DNA of 64,000 nucleotides, taken from positions 188,184 through 252,183 of IMG/VR virus record IMGVR_UViG_3300036766_000988, one strand, 5' to 3'. The translations under genes and the position numbers were made by a program. This document shows positions 45,970 to 55,368 of this stretch, in pieces. Below the pieces are notes generated by a model. The model had not been told where the DNA came from, searched no databases, and worked only from the letters and a program-made list of their open reading frames with translations. The first letter of the stretch is position 1; each line of letters starts with the position of its first letter.

Positions 45970-46182
45970 ATGCCCGAATTCAAAACCTACCTACCCAATC
46001 CCAGAACTATTGAGGCGGCCTACTTCGAGAAAGCGGGCAAGTACGACCTCGAAGGGTATCCCATTGAGATCGATACGGACGATACTTACGTCATCAGGAC
46101 AGAGGATGGGTATGCAACCAGGACTGGGGAGTTCTTCCGGAACGACTGGGTTCCAGGTCCGGGTGGGCCCCTACTTCGATGA
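45970..46182 (+). CDS. hypothetical protein
   Basis: GGTGTA before ATG. Confidence 0.55.
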   Translation: MPEFKTYLPNPRTIEAAYFEKAGKYDLEGYPIEIDTDDTYVIRTEDGYATRTGEFFRNDWVPGPGGPLLR

Positions 46183-46285
46183 CGCGTGCCGAGTACGAAG
46201 CTTGGAGGAAGCGCCGTGGGGACGCGCTTACCGCTCTTGAAGAGGATGCTTGGGAGCGGGCGGGCAAACCGGAGCGCCCCTAGCT

Positions 46286-46555
46286 TCACGTGGGGTTGCA
46301 GGAGAGCCACGCCCGTATCGCTGTGAGGTTCTCCTCGGGTAGTGGGGAACCCTTCACAACAAGTCGTGGGCCCTGGGGGACATAGGCCTCTCGGGAGAAG
46401 CGCACCAATTCACTACGTAGGTCTGTTGGCAAGTACGCCATGATCTCGTCTACGTTGTCTTGTGTAAGCAAGCGGACGATCATGTCGGCGCGCAGATAGA
46501 AGCTGATCTCAACCGCTAACACGAAGTCCAGCTCTTCTTTTACCGAGGGGGTCAC
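46286..46555 (-). CDS. hypothetical protein
   Basis: Minus-strand operon context. Confidence 0.5.
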   Translation of the reverse strand: MTPSVKEELDFVLAVEISFYLRADMIVRLLTQDNVDEIMAYLPTDLRSELVRFSREAYVPQGPRLVVKGSPLPEENLTAIRAWLSCNPT

Positions 46556-46561
46556 AACGCG

Positions 46562-46828
46562 TTACCCGAGCCTCTTGGCGAGATCTTCTGCATATCGGGC
46601 CAGCCACCCGTTCGAGTACAGGTTTGGCTCCTGTGGGCTGCGTTCGTAATTGTCGACCGCTTCGCAGACAAGACGTTCCACGTCCCCCGGTGGGATGTGA
46701 TCCCGCATCAGGGTATAGAGGAAGTCGACGAGCTTGCCAGGGATCTGGACGCTGCCACTTCGTAGGCGCAGGTCTGCGTTGCTGGGATGGGGCTTGGATA
46801 GACGGGGGCGGGGCTTCTTCGGCATCAT
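46562..46828 (-). CDS. hypothetical protein
   Basis: FLYTLMRDH..SNGWLA. Confidence 0.6.
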   Translation of the reverse strand: MMPKKPRPRLSKPHPSNADLRLRSGSVQIPGKLVDFLYTLMRDHIPPGDVERLVCEAVDNYERSPQEPNLYSNGWLARYAEDLAKRLG

Positions 46829-47031
46829 GCGAGGCCGTCAAGGAAACGCTGGGCGAACGCTTCATTCTGTTTGAGAGTCCGTAGACATCGGTGTTTGACA
46901 CGCCCTGCTGTCAAATGAAGAGCAGCGGCGGTCTTGGCGACCGATCGGGTCTCCCATAGACTTCGGACGATGTTGGCGTCCTCGGGCGAAGCCTGTTTGA
47001 GAGCCTGGGTCAGTTCTTGTTCGGTGATCAT
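46825..47031 (-). CDS. small HTH protein (sigma region-4-like)
   Basis: SVAKTAAALHLTAGRVKHRCLR; GGAGG RBS. Confidence 0.5.
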   Translation of the reverse strand: MITEQELTQALKQASPEDANIVRSLWETRSVAKTAAALHLTAGRVKHRCLRTLKQNEAFAQRFLDGLA

Positions 47032-47241
47032 GGGCCTAGCCTCCAAACTCGATGAAGAGCGGTCCTACGATAACAACGAGCGTACCCTTGCAATGCTCGA
47101 TGTGGTAGGGCCATCGCCATAGATCGTGGCGCCAGCGCCATGTGTAGAAGCCAATCGCTACACTTTGCAGGCTTCCGGGGGCTCCTACGGTTTCAATGAC
47201 GTGGCGCACGTTGCCGAGCCAGCTCCGATCATTGAGCTTCA

Positions 47242-47568
47242 TCACCAACGTTCCTTCTCGACCGTATCGCGGGGCTCAATCCGCACTTGTACCACACGGC
47301 CACGGTCTCGCTCTTCTTCGACCTTCGAGCCGTAGGTGAAGCACATCTCCACGAGCATGCGGCGAGGGAAAATCATACAGAAGGTTTTGTCTTCGGCGTC
47401 CCACCAACCCCACTGATCCCCGTTTGGATCCAGCGTGACCAACACAGGGGTAACGGGCCCGTCCCCACACATACGGACTGCCGTGGCAGACCCATGCAGG
47501 TCGGTGAAACACCCGTCCCGCACGTGGGCGAACAGATGGCTTCGTGCGTTGGCGGGGACTTCGATCAC
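47242..47568 (-). CDS. hypothetical protein
   Basis: Follows GGTGTAG motif. Confidence 0.6.
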   Translation of the reverse strand: MIEVPANARSHLFAHVRDGCFTDLHGSATAVRMCGDGPVTPVLVTLDPNGDQWGWWDAEDKTFCMIFPRRMLVEMCFTYGSKVEEERDRGRVVQVRIEPRDTVEKERW

Positions 47569-47584
47569 AGGAGTTCCCTAGCCG

Positions 47585-48541
47585 CTACACCGCAGGGGGC
47601 ATCGCGAAGGGCCTGTAGACAGGCTTGCCGACGAGACGGGTCAGGATTGCATCGAACCTGTCATGGAGGTCCCAGGCATCTCCGTGGCGGCATGCGGGGT
47701 CTTCCACCAGACACTCTTCGAGCAGCTCCCGCACTTGGCGCGGGACTTCGGTCGGCATCTGGTTCGTGAGCGGATGTCCTCCGAGCAGAGCTACGATGCA
47801 CTTGGCGAGCATGTAGAGGTCGGTTGCCGGGCTCGGGATCCTCTTTGCCGTGACCTCGGGCGGGTAGTAAAGCCCATACTCGGGCGTGATCGCTTTGATG
47901 TGCCCCGGACCTGCGGGCTCTTCTTCGAGGATGATGTGGGTTTCGTCGTCCTCGTCCATGAGGCGAGCCCATGCAGTAGGCCGTTCGGCGGCCTTTTTCA
48001 CAGGCTTCGGAGCCTTCGGGTCTTCCTTGAGCAGAACAGCGTACGACCAGTCGATGATCTTCCCCCCGTGTCCGATCGGATGCACGAGGATGTGGGGCGG
48101 GGTGATGTTGCCGTGAACGATGTTCTTCTGGTGTACCCACCCGAGGACGACGAGTGCTCGCTTAAACATCCAGGCCATGTCCCGGTAGTCGATCCCCTGC
48201 GGATACGCGCGGATCACGTCGGCCATCGAGACGTATTCAGCCGAGCCCGTTCGAGCTTCGGTATCGACCGCCTTGGCGAGGATGTTGTACGCCAGTCCTC
48301 CGGCCATCGTCCCGCTGGCGAGAAGCTTCGAGAGATAGCGGTAGAATTTCGTGTCGCTGGCCGTTGGGGGATAGAGCCGACGGAGCATCCTGGTCTCCGT
48401 CTGTACGAGGTCGTTGTCGGCCTTGTTTGCGGCGACCTTCACGATGACCGACGCGCCTTCGTAAGTACCCTCATAGAGGTTGCAAAGGTCGCCTTTCGGC
48501 AGCTCACGGGTGATGGTGACGTTTGGGATGACGGGCGGCAT
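47585..48541 (-). CDS. Ser/Thr kinase-like protein with HGN catalytic loop
   Basis: VIVKVA, HGNITPPHILV, IIDWSYA, YPPE, TDLYM. Confidence 0.78.
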   Translation of the reverse strand: MPPVIPNVTITRELPKGDLCNLYEGTYEGASVIVKVAANKADNDLVQTETRMLRRLYPPTASDTKFYRYLSKLLASGTMAGGLAYNILAKAVDTEARTGSAEYVSMADVIRAYPQGIDYRDMAWMFKRALVVLGWVHQKNIVHGNITPPHILVHPIGHGGKIIDWSYAVLLKEDPKAPKPVKKAAERPTAWARLMDEDDETHIILEEEPAGPGHIKAITPEYGLYYPPEVTAKRIPSPATDLYMLAKCIVALLGGHPLTNQMPTEVPRQVRELLEECLVEDPACRHGDAWDLHDRFDAILTRLVGKPVYRPFAMPPAV

Positions 48542-48550
48542 GTCTTTATT

Positions 48551-48572
48551 TACACCGCTTCTCGTGGTGTAG
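48551..48572. promoter_or_regulatory. back-to-back GGTGTA elements between divergent genes
   Basis: TACACC-gcttctcgt-GGTGTAG, each ~9 nt from an ATG. Confidence 0.55.
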
Positions 48573-48581
48573 AGATCCCTT

Positions 48582-49037
48582 ATGAAGCTTCCGATCACGT
48601 ATCCGCTGGTCAAGGCTCGTCACCCCGAGGCCGTCAAGGACATCTTGACTAAGCTCAAGAAGGGTCGCTCGAAGGAACGCGGATCACGACCCCAAGATCT
48701 TACGTGGAATTACACATGGGGGGTCCTTTGCGTGGAGGCCCACTTCGGAGAGCTGCCTACGGCCGAAGGTCGTGTTCAGGATATCCTCTCTCGTTGTCGG
48801 GTTGGTCTGGCGGCTTCGAAGGGCCGTTGGTACGAAATGGTGCCACTCGAAGGGGAGGTCCCGCCAGAGGTCCGAGAGATCTACGTGCAGGCCGAAAAGA
48901 AGCGGGCTGTGGAAGAGGCACGTGTCGCTGCGCTCACTCCCCAGGAGCGGGAAGAGGAGTTGCGCAAGCTCTTCGCATCCCTCAGTAAGGACCCTGGTTT
49001 CATGGTCATCGAGATTGGCCGTGAACGGGCTACTTGA
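48582..49037 (+). CDS. hypothetical protein
   Basis: ATG after the promoter motif. Confidence 0.65.
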   Translation: MKLPITYPLVKARHPEAVKDILTKLKKGRSKERGSRPQDLTWNYTWGVLCVEAHFGELPTAEGRVQDILSRCRVGLAASKGRWYEMVPLEGEVPPEVREIYVQAEKKRAVEEARVAALTPQEREEELRKLFASLSKDPGFMVIEIGRERAT

Positions 49038-49362
49038 GTAGGAACAGGTCGATGCGTTTGTCTTGAAACGACCAGACCTCCACCCACTTGTCATCGCTGC
49101 TTCCAAGCCGATGCCATTGTTTCAGCACGATTTCCCTCGTGAATAGAGGTGTCATCCCGAAGGCCATGAGCTGTTGGCGCAGGGAGTCGAGGTCGTTTTC
49201 GGCCGTTGTGAGGGGGTACAACACCAGATCGAGATCTTTGCGGCTCGCACCCTTGGTGAGCACGGAGCCTGTGAGCGCAACGGCGTGCGCGGTCAGGTGC
49301 CCTGCCAGCTCTCGGCAAAGCGTGAGAGCTTCCTCCAAAGTCCAGACGGGCGGGCGCTTCAT
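49030..49362 (-). CDS. minimal nucleotidyltransferase
   Basis: LTGSVLTKGASRKDLDL...RIDLF. Confidence 0.65.
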   Translation of the reverse strand: MKRPPVWTLEEALTLCRELAGHLTAHAVALTGSVLTKGASRKDLDLVLYPLTTAENDLDSLRQQLMAFGMTPLFTREIVLKQWHRLGSSDDKWVEVWSFQDKRIDLFLLK

Positions 49363-49586
49363 CCGTGACGCCTTTGGGCTCTGAGCTTCTCGATGACATC
49401 GGCGACCGATTTGCCGGTGACAATCGTGTGTTGGCCTCGGGTAACGATCCCAAGTTCCTCAGCTTTATCGTAACGCGTGTCGTGCTCCGCGTACTGATGA
49501 AGTTGCGCCGAGTACCCCTCGGGGCCTCGTCGGAGCGTGAGCACCCCGAGCACACCATCGGCGAGGAGAGCTTCGATCTCCTCCAT
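49359..49586 (-). CDS. hypothetical protein
   Basis: Coupled to ACP. Confidence 0.55.
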   Translation of the reverse strand: MEEIEALLADGVLGVLTLRRGPEGYSAQLHQYAEHDTRYDKAEELGIVTRGQHTIVTGKSVADVIEKLRAQRRHG

Positions 49587-49831
49587 CAGACGACCGGCTT
49601 GAGACGTCCCTCGATGTAGGTGACGGCTTCCTGGACGGTGCGGATTTTTTCGGTGTCGTCATCGGGGATGTCCAACTCGAACTCCTCCTCGACGCCGAGC
49701 AGAATCTCGACCAGAGAAAGGGAATCGGCCCCGAGATCCTCGATGAGGTCGCTTTCGGGTTTGACATCTGCGTCCTCGACGTCGAGGTTGTCGGTCAAGA
49801 TGCGTCGAAGCCTGCTGAACACGTCCGCCAT
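49586..49831 (-). CDS. acpP: acyl carrier protein
   Basis: DLGADSLSLVEI..EEEFELDIPD..IRTVQEAVTYI. Confidence 0.92.
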   Translation of the reverse strand: MADVFSRLRRILTDNLDVEDADVKPESDLIEDLGADSLSLVEILLGVEEEFELDIPDDDTEKIRTVQEAVTYIEGRLKPVV

Positions 49832-49906
49832 GTCTGAACGTACACCGGGGAGGGCATCTACGCGAAGGGTCAAGCATCCTTCGCATGTACTAGGGGAAAA
49901 TTAGGA

Positions 49907-49931
49907 TGATCCCCCCGAAGTCGGAGCGTAG
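49907..49931 (+). promoter_or_regulatory. promoter motif variant
   Basis: TGATC-N16-GTAG. Confidence 0.5.
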
Positions 49932-49973
49932 AAGAACCGGGGTCTCTACATCAACCCCCACCGGAGACTGATC

Positions 49974-50270
49974 ATGTCTGGTCCGAACATCACCAAGGGT
50001 ACGCGCATCCAGGCCACGTGGTTCCAGGCCAAGCCGTTGGGGACCTGGGCGCTCGCGGGAGTCCAGATGAAGGTTACGGGGAGCTTCGTGACCGTGACCG
50101 GGGTCTGTCGGCACTTCCGGGGAGACGATCCGGTAACCCCCACGAAGATCAGGGTCTACATCGACCCCGATCCTGGCACTTGGGGTGGGCCAACCGTGCG
50201 CCCCATCGGGTGCTCGTGCGACCACCCTCATGTTGAGATCAACCCTGATCACATCGTCGCGGTGGTGTAG
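49974..50270 (+). CDS. hypothetical protein
   Basis: GGAG RBS. Confidence 0.6.
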   Translation: MSGPNITKGTRIQATWFQAKPLGTWALAGVQMKVTGSFVTVTGVCRHFRGDDPVTPTKIRVYIDPDPGTWGGPTVRPIGCSCDHPHVEINPDHIVAVV

Positions 50271-50273
50271 GGT

Positions 50274-51113
50274 ATGATCGTGAAGATTGGTCGCCAAGAA
50301 GGCATCCCCTACTCCCTCTCCCGTTGGACGGACGTCCCAGCGGCGAAATGGGAGTGGATGATGGATGCCTTCAAGCAGCAGAAGATGGTCGCTTTCGATC
50401 CCAGGACGGCCATCCCTTCCGAGTGGTCGCTCAAGCCGGAAGACACGCTCGGGCTCTTGTTCTGGACGAAGGACCCGACGAACCTCATCACCGAAGCCGA
50501 CCTGATCAAGCGTTACCGGCACAAGATCCACGTTACGCTGACCGGCTGGGAAGAGGTCGAACGGGGTGCGCCAAACCTCGCGTACGGGACCGCGCTTTTG
50601 GTCGATACGGTGGAAGCCTTCGGTCCCGCGAACGTCACCTGGCGGTTCTCGCCAGTGCCGCTGCTTCATCCTGATGAGATAGCCGTTCGCTTTCAGCACA
50701 TCGCCTACCGGGCCGGTCTGGCGGGCCTTCGGTCGGTCTACCTGAGCTTCCTCCAGGCAAACGACCTCATGCCCGAGATGCGGACGCTCGAAGAGCGGCA
50801 TCAGCTCCTCCGGCGACTTGCCGACGTGGGAGCCCCGTATGGGATCCAAATCCGCCTCTGCAACGAGGACCGGCTCCTTGTCGGGGCTTCGACCTACCCG
50901 AACCTCGATTCTGATGTCTGTGCGCCCCCGAAAGACTTCGCTCTGCCGAACCGGGAAGCACCCCCCTCTGAAGGATGCGGTTGTGTCCTGATGGCTGATC
51001 CATTCACGGTCAACGAGACCTGTACGATGGGGTGTCAGTACTGCTACGCCGCAGACGAGAACCTCTCTCCGAAGAAGCGGAACACGACCCGCAGCCTGCC
51101 GGTGATCCGATGA
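50274..51113 (+). CDS. DUF1848-family protein (C-terminal CxxxCxxC)
   Basis: SRWTDVPA, FWTKDP, WRFSP, CGC, CTMGCQYCYA; TGATC-N16-GTAG at 50246-50270. Confidence 0.8.
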   Translation: MIVKIGRQEGIPYSLSRWTDVPAAKWEWMMDAFKQQKMVAFDPRTAIPSEWSLKPEDTLGLLFWTKDPTNLITEADLIKRYRHKIHVTLTGWEEVERGAPNLAYGTALLVDTVEAFGPANVTWRFSPVPLLHPDEIAVRFQHIAYRAGLAGLRSVYLSFLQANDLMPEMRTLEERHQLLRRLADVGAPYGIQIRLCNEDRLLVGASTYPNLDSDVCAPPKDFALPNREAPPSEGCGCVLMADPFTVNETCTMGCQYCYAADENLSPKKRNTTRSLPVIR

Positions 51114-51219
51114 GCGATCTGGTTCAAACAGCTATCGCCACCGTGGCAGCCCTGGTTGTGGGCTCCTTGCTCTTCTGGTTGTGGAGGCGGAACTACGAGC
51201 GACGTCAGAAGGACTCTCA

Positions 51220-52152
51220 GTGAAGCATCCGAACCCACTCATGCTGGTCAGGATCGCGCAGGGTGACGCCTACGGGATGGCGTGCGAGTACATCAAGTTC
51301 CCGCGTGACCAAGAAGTACACGACCAAGCGCTGCGGTTCGAGCGCTATGGACGGCACCCGATCCACAAGCTCGCCCCTGGTCAGTACACCGACGACACCC
51401 AGATGTCGGTAGCGGTCTCCGAGGTGTTGTTGGAGTTGAACGTCCCCGATCCCCTCGCGCCTGACCGCACCTGGAATCTCCGTGAAGTCGCGGACGCGAT
51501 GAAGCTCAAGTTCGCTGAGGCGTTCGTTCGATGTTTCAAGCGGGACCGACGGGATGGGTACGCCAGGCACTTCCAGGCGTTCCTCGAAACTGTGAAGGAT
51601 GGCCAAGACTTCATCCAACGCATCCACCCCGATTCCGACAAGAACGGCGCCTGCATGCGAGCAGTTCCGTTGGGAATACTGCCGACCGAAGCTCAGGTGG
51701 AGTTTGCTGCTGGTGAGCAAGCTCAGCTCACGCACGACACCGAAGGCGGACGGGGCTCGGCGATGATCGTCGCCCTGATGAGTCACTTCGCTCTCTATAG
51801 CGAGGAACCGCTCTCAAAGGTGCCCGACTTCATCCGAAAGTACTTTTGCATCTCCTCTGGAGGGTTGCCCCTTTGGGATGGCAGCCCTGTGGTGGGGCCG
51901 GACGTCGGGATGAAGACGGCACGGGCGGTTATGACCCTCTTGGCGACTCAATCCTCCCTGTTGGACATCGCCCGCACAACTATCGAGTGGGGAGGGGATA
52001 CAGACAGTGTGCTTGCCATCGCGTGGGGGATCGCCAGTGCTAGAATGCACGAAAAGCTGCCTCCGTTCTTCGACGGTGGCCTTGAGAACGGTCCGTATGG
52101 CTACAAGTTCCTCGCTGACCTGGGGGCGAAGCTCATGAAGAGGTATCCATGA
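51220..52152 (+). CDS. ADP-ribosylglycohydrolase (DraG/ARH family)
   Basis: GDAYG, YTDDTQM, NGACMR, TH, GGDTDS. Confidence 0.92.
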   Translation: MKHPNPLMLVRIAQGDAYGMACEYIKFPRDQEVHDQALRFERYGRHPIHKLAPGQYTDDTQMSVAVSEVLLELNVPDPLAPDRTWNLREVADAMKLKFAEAFVRCFKRDRRDGYARHFQAFLETVKDGQDFIQRIHPDSDKNGACMRAVPLGILPTEAQVEFAAGEQAQLTHDTEGGRGSAMIVALMSHFALYSEEPLSKVPDFIRKYFCISSGGLPLWDGSPVVGPDVGMKTARAVMTLLATQSSLLDIARTTIEWGGDTDSVLAIAWGIASARMHEKLPPFFDGGLENGPYGYKFLADLGAKLMKRYP

Positions 52153-52409
52153 ACCAAGCCCCCGAGGATGACTCCGAAGATCTCACCGACGGCCAGATCG
52201 CTCAGGCGGTCGAAACCACAGGCTCGAAGGATTTCGGCGAGCGTCAGGCGCGTCTGTCCTGTACTACGTGTGGAGCACGACACGGAACTCTCAGCCATGC
52301 GCTCCGTCGTCGGGCACCCCATCTCTACTCGCGAACCGAGGCCACCTGCGAAGCAGGACACCAAGAGATGTTCGTTTTCCTCGTGGATTGGCTGAAGGGA
52401 ACAAGCTGA
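52149..52409 (+). CDS. small Zn-binding protein
   Basis: CTTC..CEAGH. Confidence 0.55.
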   Translation: MNQAPEDDSEDLTDGQIAQAVETTGSKDFGERQARLSCTTCGARHGTLSHALRRRAPHLYSRTEATCEAGHQEMFVFLVDWLKGTS

Positions 52410-52765
52410 TGAGCTGCGATGAAACCCCCCGCAAGACGATGTGCGACCGCTACCAGCCGGGTGACAAGAACGTCTGGGTCGAGCGTGGAGACACCCCCGG
52501 AAGCGAAAACGCGCCTGGTATCTGCCTTCTCGACACGATGAGTCGGGAGCAGGTCATCTACTCCATCGAGCGGGATGAGGTCGCCAGGGCGGACCTCTTG
52601 AAGGTCACCACCAACCCGGATCTCATCGAGCTGGCCAACACTGTGACTCGTCTACCAACGGCCGAACTGGTGGATATGGAGCAGACGACCGGCAACCGTC
52701 CGCAAGAGGCCGCCGGGATCCCCTTCTACGCCATCTTCCGAGGGCAACCCCCGTTCGCTCAGTGA
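52409..52765 (+). CDS. hypothetical protein
   Basis: TGATG overlap. Confidence 0.55.
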   Translation: MSCDETPRKTMCDRYQPGDKNVWVERGDTPGSENAPGICLLDTMSREQVIYSIERDEVARADLLKVTTNPDLIELANTVTRLPTAELVDMEQTTGNRPQEAAGIPFYAIFRGQPPFAQ

Positions 52766-52779
52766 GGAGATCGTGACCG

Positions 52780-53013
52780 ATGACCGCACGCATGTTCAAC
52801 GCTCCGCCCGCACCGAAAGTGCAGGCGCCGAAGTCGCACACCGAGTGGACCAAGCTCATGCGCTTGGTGGTCGAGCGGGCGGAAGCCCTTCAGCATCGGC
52901 ACCTTCCAGGGCTTCGAGCATCCCTGGCCAAGGGGAACGCCGAGAAACACCTCCGCACCCTCGGGATCATCAGCCAGGCCGATCTCGACCGGGAGTTCCC
53001 GCTCCCGAAGTAG
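52780..53013 (+). CDS. hypothetical protein
   Basis: GAGGAG RBS. Confidence 0.55.
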   Translation: MTARMFNAPPAPKVQAPKSHTEWTKLMRLVVERAEALQHRHLPGLRASLAKGNAEKHLRTLGIISQADLDREFPLPK

Positions 53014-53410
53014 ACCCCACCGAGGCCCTCATCGCAGCATTCGAAGCTGGCGATCCTGTGGTTGCTTTCAAGGCCGCAACCCAGCTCATCGAGGCCTACC
53101 GGAGCGTAACCTTGGAGGCCGCCAAGCTTCGGTTTCAACTCAACTTCGGAACCCCTGGGTGCAACCAATGTGACGGGCTGCATGCCGGGCCGGGGGTTTC
53201 CGCAACCTGCTTCCAGATGAAGCAGTGCCACTACAGCAACCTCAAGGAGGGTGAAGGGAGTTCCCGGCAACTCAGGGTGCTCAAAACATTGACCGAGATC
53301 CCCAAATAGCGCTTGACGCCCATCCCAAGTTAGTATTCTTTGGGCTCAGGGTACTCATCCGCTGGGGATAGACCAAAAACCAGACCCGGATGTAGACAGG
53401 AGAAATTGAG

Positions 53411-54418
53411 ATGACTGCGATTCAGACTTTGAAGAGTGGGCGGGCGTCCGCCTTGAAGGATGTCGAGAAGGCCCGCAAGGAGCACAAGAAGCTTCAGACC
53501 AAGACCGAGGCCATCGTCAAGCTGTTCGGCGAGTCCAAGGTGCGTCTCGCACGGGCCGAGGCTGGACTGAATGCCCTCGACGACGCCCTCAAGAACATGG
53601 AAGGCGATACCGAGAAGGCTCCCAAGGCGAAGGCCACCTCGGTGGATGCTGTGAAGATCGACGGCCGAAGCAAGGAGGCAAGGGCCGCCAAGGCTGCGGT
53701 GAAGGCCGCTGGCAAGGCTCCCAAGGCGAAGGCCACCTCGGTGGGTGCCGTGAAGATCGACGGCCGAACCAAGGAGGCAAGGGCGGCCAAGGCTGCGGTG
53801 AAGGCCGCTGGCAAGGCTCCCAAGGCGAAGGCTCCCAAGGCGAAGGCCGTCAAGGCTGCTCCGGCAAAGAAGACCCCCAAGGCTGCGAAGATCTCCGCCA
53901 AGAAGACGGGCAAGAAGGGCGTGAGTCGTCAGGCGGCGGGTCGCCGCGAGGTCGCCGAGGGCAAGCGCCCGACGATCAAGGACGCGATCGTGCAGGTGAT
54001 GGGCAACAAGGTGATGTCACGTCACCAGGTCCACGACGGGCTCAAGGCGAAGGGCTGGCTCCCGCGGTCGAACGACACGCTCGGGTACGTCGGGTACCTG
54101 CTCTCCGCCACGAAGGCGAAGGACGGCGGGCACCTCTTCGAGCGCGACGAGGCGAAGGGCCGAGGCTTCTACCGCGTTCGGCAGGACTCTTTGACGAGCC
54201 CCGAGACGCCGAAGGTCGAGAAGGCCAAGAAGTCGGAGAAGGCCGAGACGGCGGCAGCGGAGCCCAAGGCGAAGCGGAAGTACACGAAGAGGGCCAAGCC
54301 CGAGGCCGTGGCTGCACCGCCGAAGTCCGAGGTCAACGGGACGTCGAAGGAGAAGTCGGCCGACGAGATCCTGGCGGACGCGCATCTCCTCGATACCGCG
54401 GCTCCTTTCGGAGGGTGA
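53411..54418 (+). CDS. histone H1-like Lys/Ala-rich DNA-binding protein with central winged-helix-like domain
   Basis: Coiled coil, KAPKAK repeats, TIKDAIVQVM..FERDEAKGRGFYRV; AGGAG RBS. Confidence 0.75.
   Translation: MTAIQTLKSGRASALKDVEKARKEHKKLQTKTEAIVKLFGESKVRLARAEAGLNALDDALKNMEGDTEKAPKAKATSVDAVKIDGRSKEARAAKAAVKAAGKAPKAKATSVGAVKIDGRTKEARAAKAAVKAAGKAPKAKAPKAKAVKAAPAKKTPKAAKISAKKTGKKGVSRQAAGRREVAEGKRPTIKDAIVQVMGNKVMSRHQVHDGLKAKGWLPRSNDTLGYVGYLLSATKAKDGGHLFERDEAKGRGFYRVRQDSLTSPETPKVEKAKKSEKAETAAAEPKAKRKYTKRAKPEAVAAPPKSEVNGTSKEKSADEILADAHLLDTAAPFGG
53615..53845 (+). repeat. 99-bp tandem repeat (two copies plus partial) in the H1-like gene
   Basis: Units start 53615, 53714, 53813; encode KAPKAKATSVxAVKIDGRxKEARAAKAAVKAAG. 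Confidence 0.9.
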
Positions 54419-54433
54419 TCCCTCACCATGAGG

Positions 54434-54477
54434 TACGAAAGCGCCGGGAGGTAAGATTCCTCTGCGGCGCTTTCGTA
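54434..54477 (+). terminator. hairpin after the H1-like gene
   Basis: TACGAAAGCGCCG...CGGCGCTTTCGTA 13-bp IR. Confidence 0.7.
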
Positions 54478-54499
54478 TGTCTGGTGTCTGATCTCTATC

Positions 54500-54847
54500 A
54501 TGAACCAACGCGCCCAACGCACCGAGCGGGTAGCTCGACGGCTCATCAAGAGCATGGCCCGTAGGCACATTTACGAGGTGAAGTCGGCGGAAACGAACGG
54601 GGCAGCCTACGATCGGATGCTCATGCTCGAAGCCGCCATTCTGGAAGAGTCCCGTCGCGAATGGCGCGAGACTCTCTCCCTCTGGACATCGGACTTCGAT
54701 CGGCTCGCCCTTTTGCCGATTCTCGCGAAGGTGACTCCTGCGGTGTATCGTGAGTGCCGAGAGACCGGCGACGAACTCGGGCCCGTGGCAAGCCACGCGC
54801 TCAAGAACTTCTTCGACACGTTCGATCCTCAAGGACTGCTCACATGA
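54500..54847 (+). CDS. hypothetical protein
   Basis: ORF; N-terminus ERVARRLI. Confidence 0.6.
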   Translation: MNQRAQRTERVARRLIKSMARRHIYEVKSAETNGAAYDRMLMLEAAILEESRREWRETLSLWTSDFDRLALLPILAKVTPAVYRECRETGDELGPVASHALKNFFDTFDPQGLLT

Positions 54848-55368
54848 AGTTAGGCGACCTCGTGATGCACCTCGATCGCCATTGGATCGTGAGTCGGTAC
54901 GATCCAAAGCGAACCCGAACCGCGGTGCTTCTCGCGGCTGATGGGACACAGACGGAGATTCCCCACGATCTTGATGCCATCGGCGGGGCTCAGGTCATCG
55001 CGAACCCAAGCGAGCAGTGGCCGTTCGTTGTGGTACCGCCGAAGAACGGTTATGTCATTGCAGGTATCTCGCATGCTGGGGTTGTGATCGAGCCGATTAC
55101 TGGTTGGGTAGCAAGTGATCCTACGCGTACGGGCGGCCCAGTTTTCCTCGCACCCAACCCACGGCTTCGGTACGGCGAGACGCTCCTCGTCCGTCTTCAA
55201 GGCATCAAGCGTCGGGAAATATCGACCAAGCGGGTGGACATTCCACGAGAGTTCGGGACTGTGAAGCAACGGACGGCACGTGCCGAAGCTGCACGTACGA
55301 AGCCGGAGGAAAAGGCAAACGCTTTCTCCCGCTTACTCTCGGATGACCAAATAGGGGATGACGACTGA
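54844..55368 (+). CDS. hypothetical protein
   Basis: ATGA overlap; ends NAFSRLLSDDQIGDDD. Confidence 0.65.
   Translation: MKLGDLVMHLDRHWIVSRYDPKRTRTAVLLAADGTQTEIPHDLDAIGGAQVIANPSEQWPFVVVPPKNGYVIAGISHAGVVIEPITGWVASDPTRTGGPVFLAPNPRLRYGETLLVRLQGIKRREISTKRVDIPREFGTVKQRTARAEAARTKPEEKANAFSRLLSDDQIGDDD

Noticed and set aside
53313-53339. Sigma70 promoter TTGACG...TATTCT before the H1-like gene
   Set aside because: The 15-nt spacer is short; possible but not supportable.
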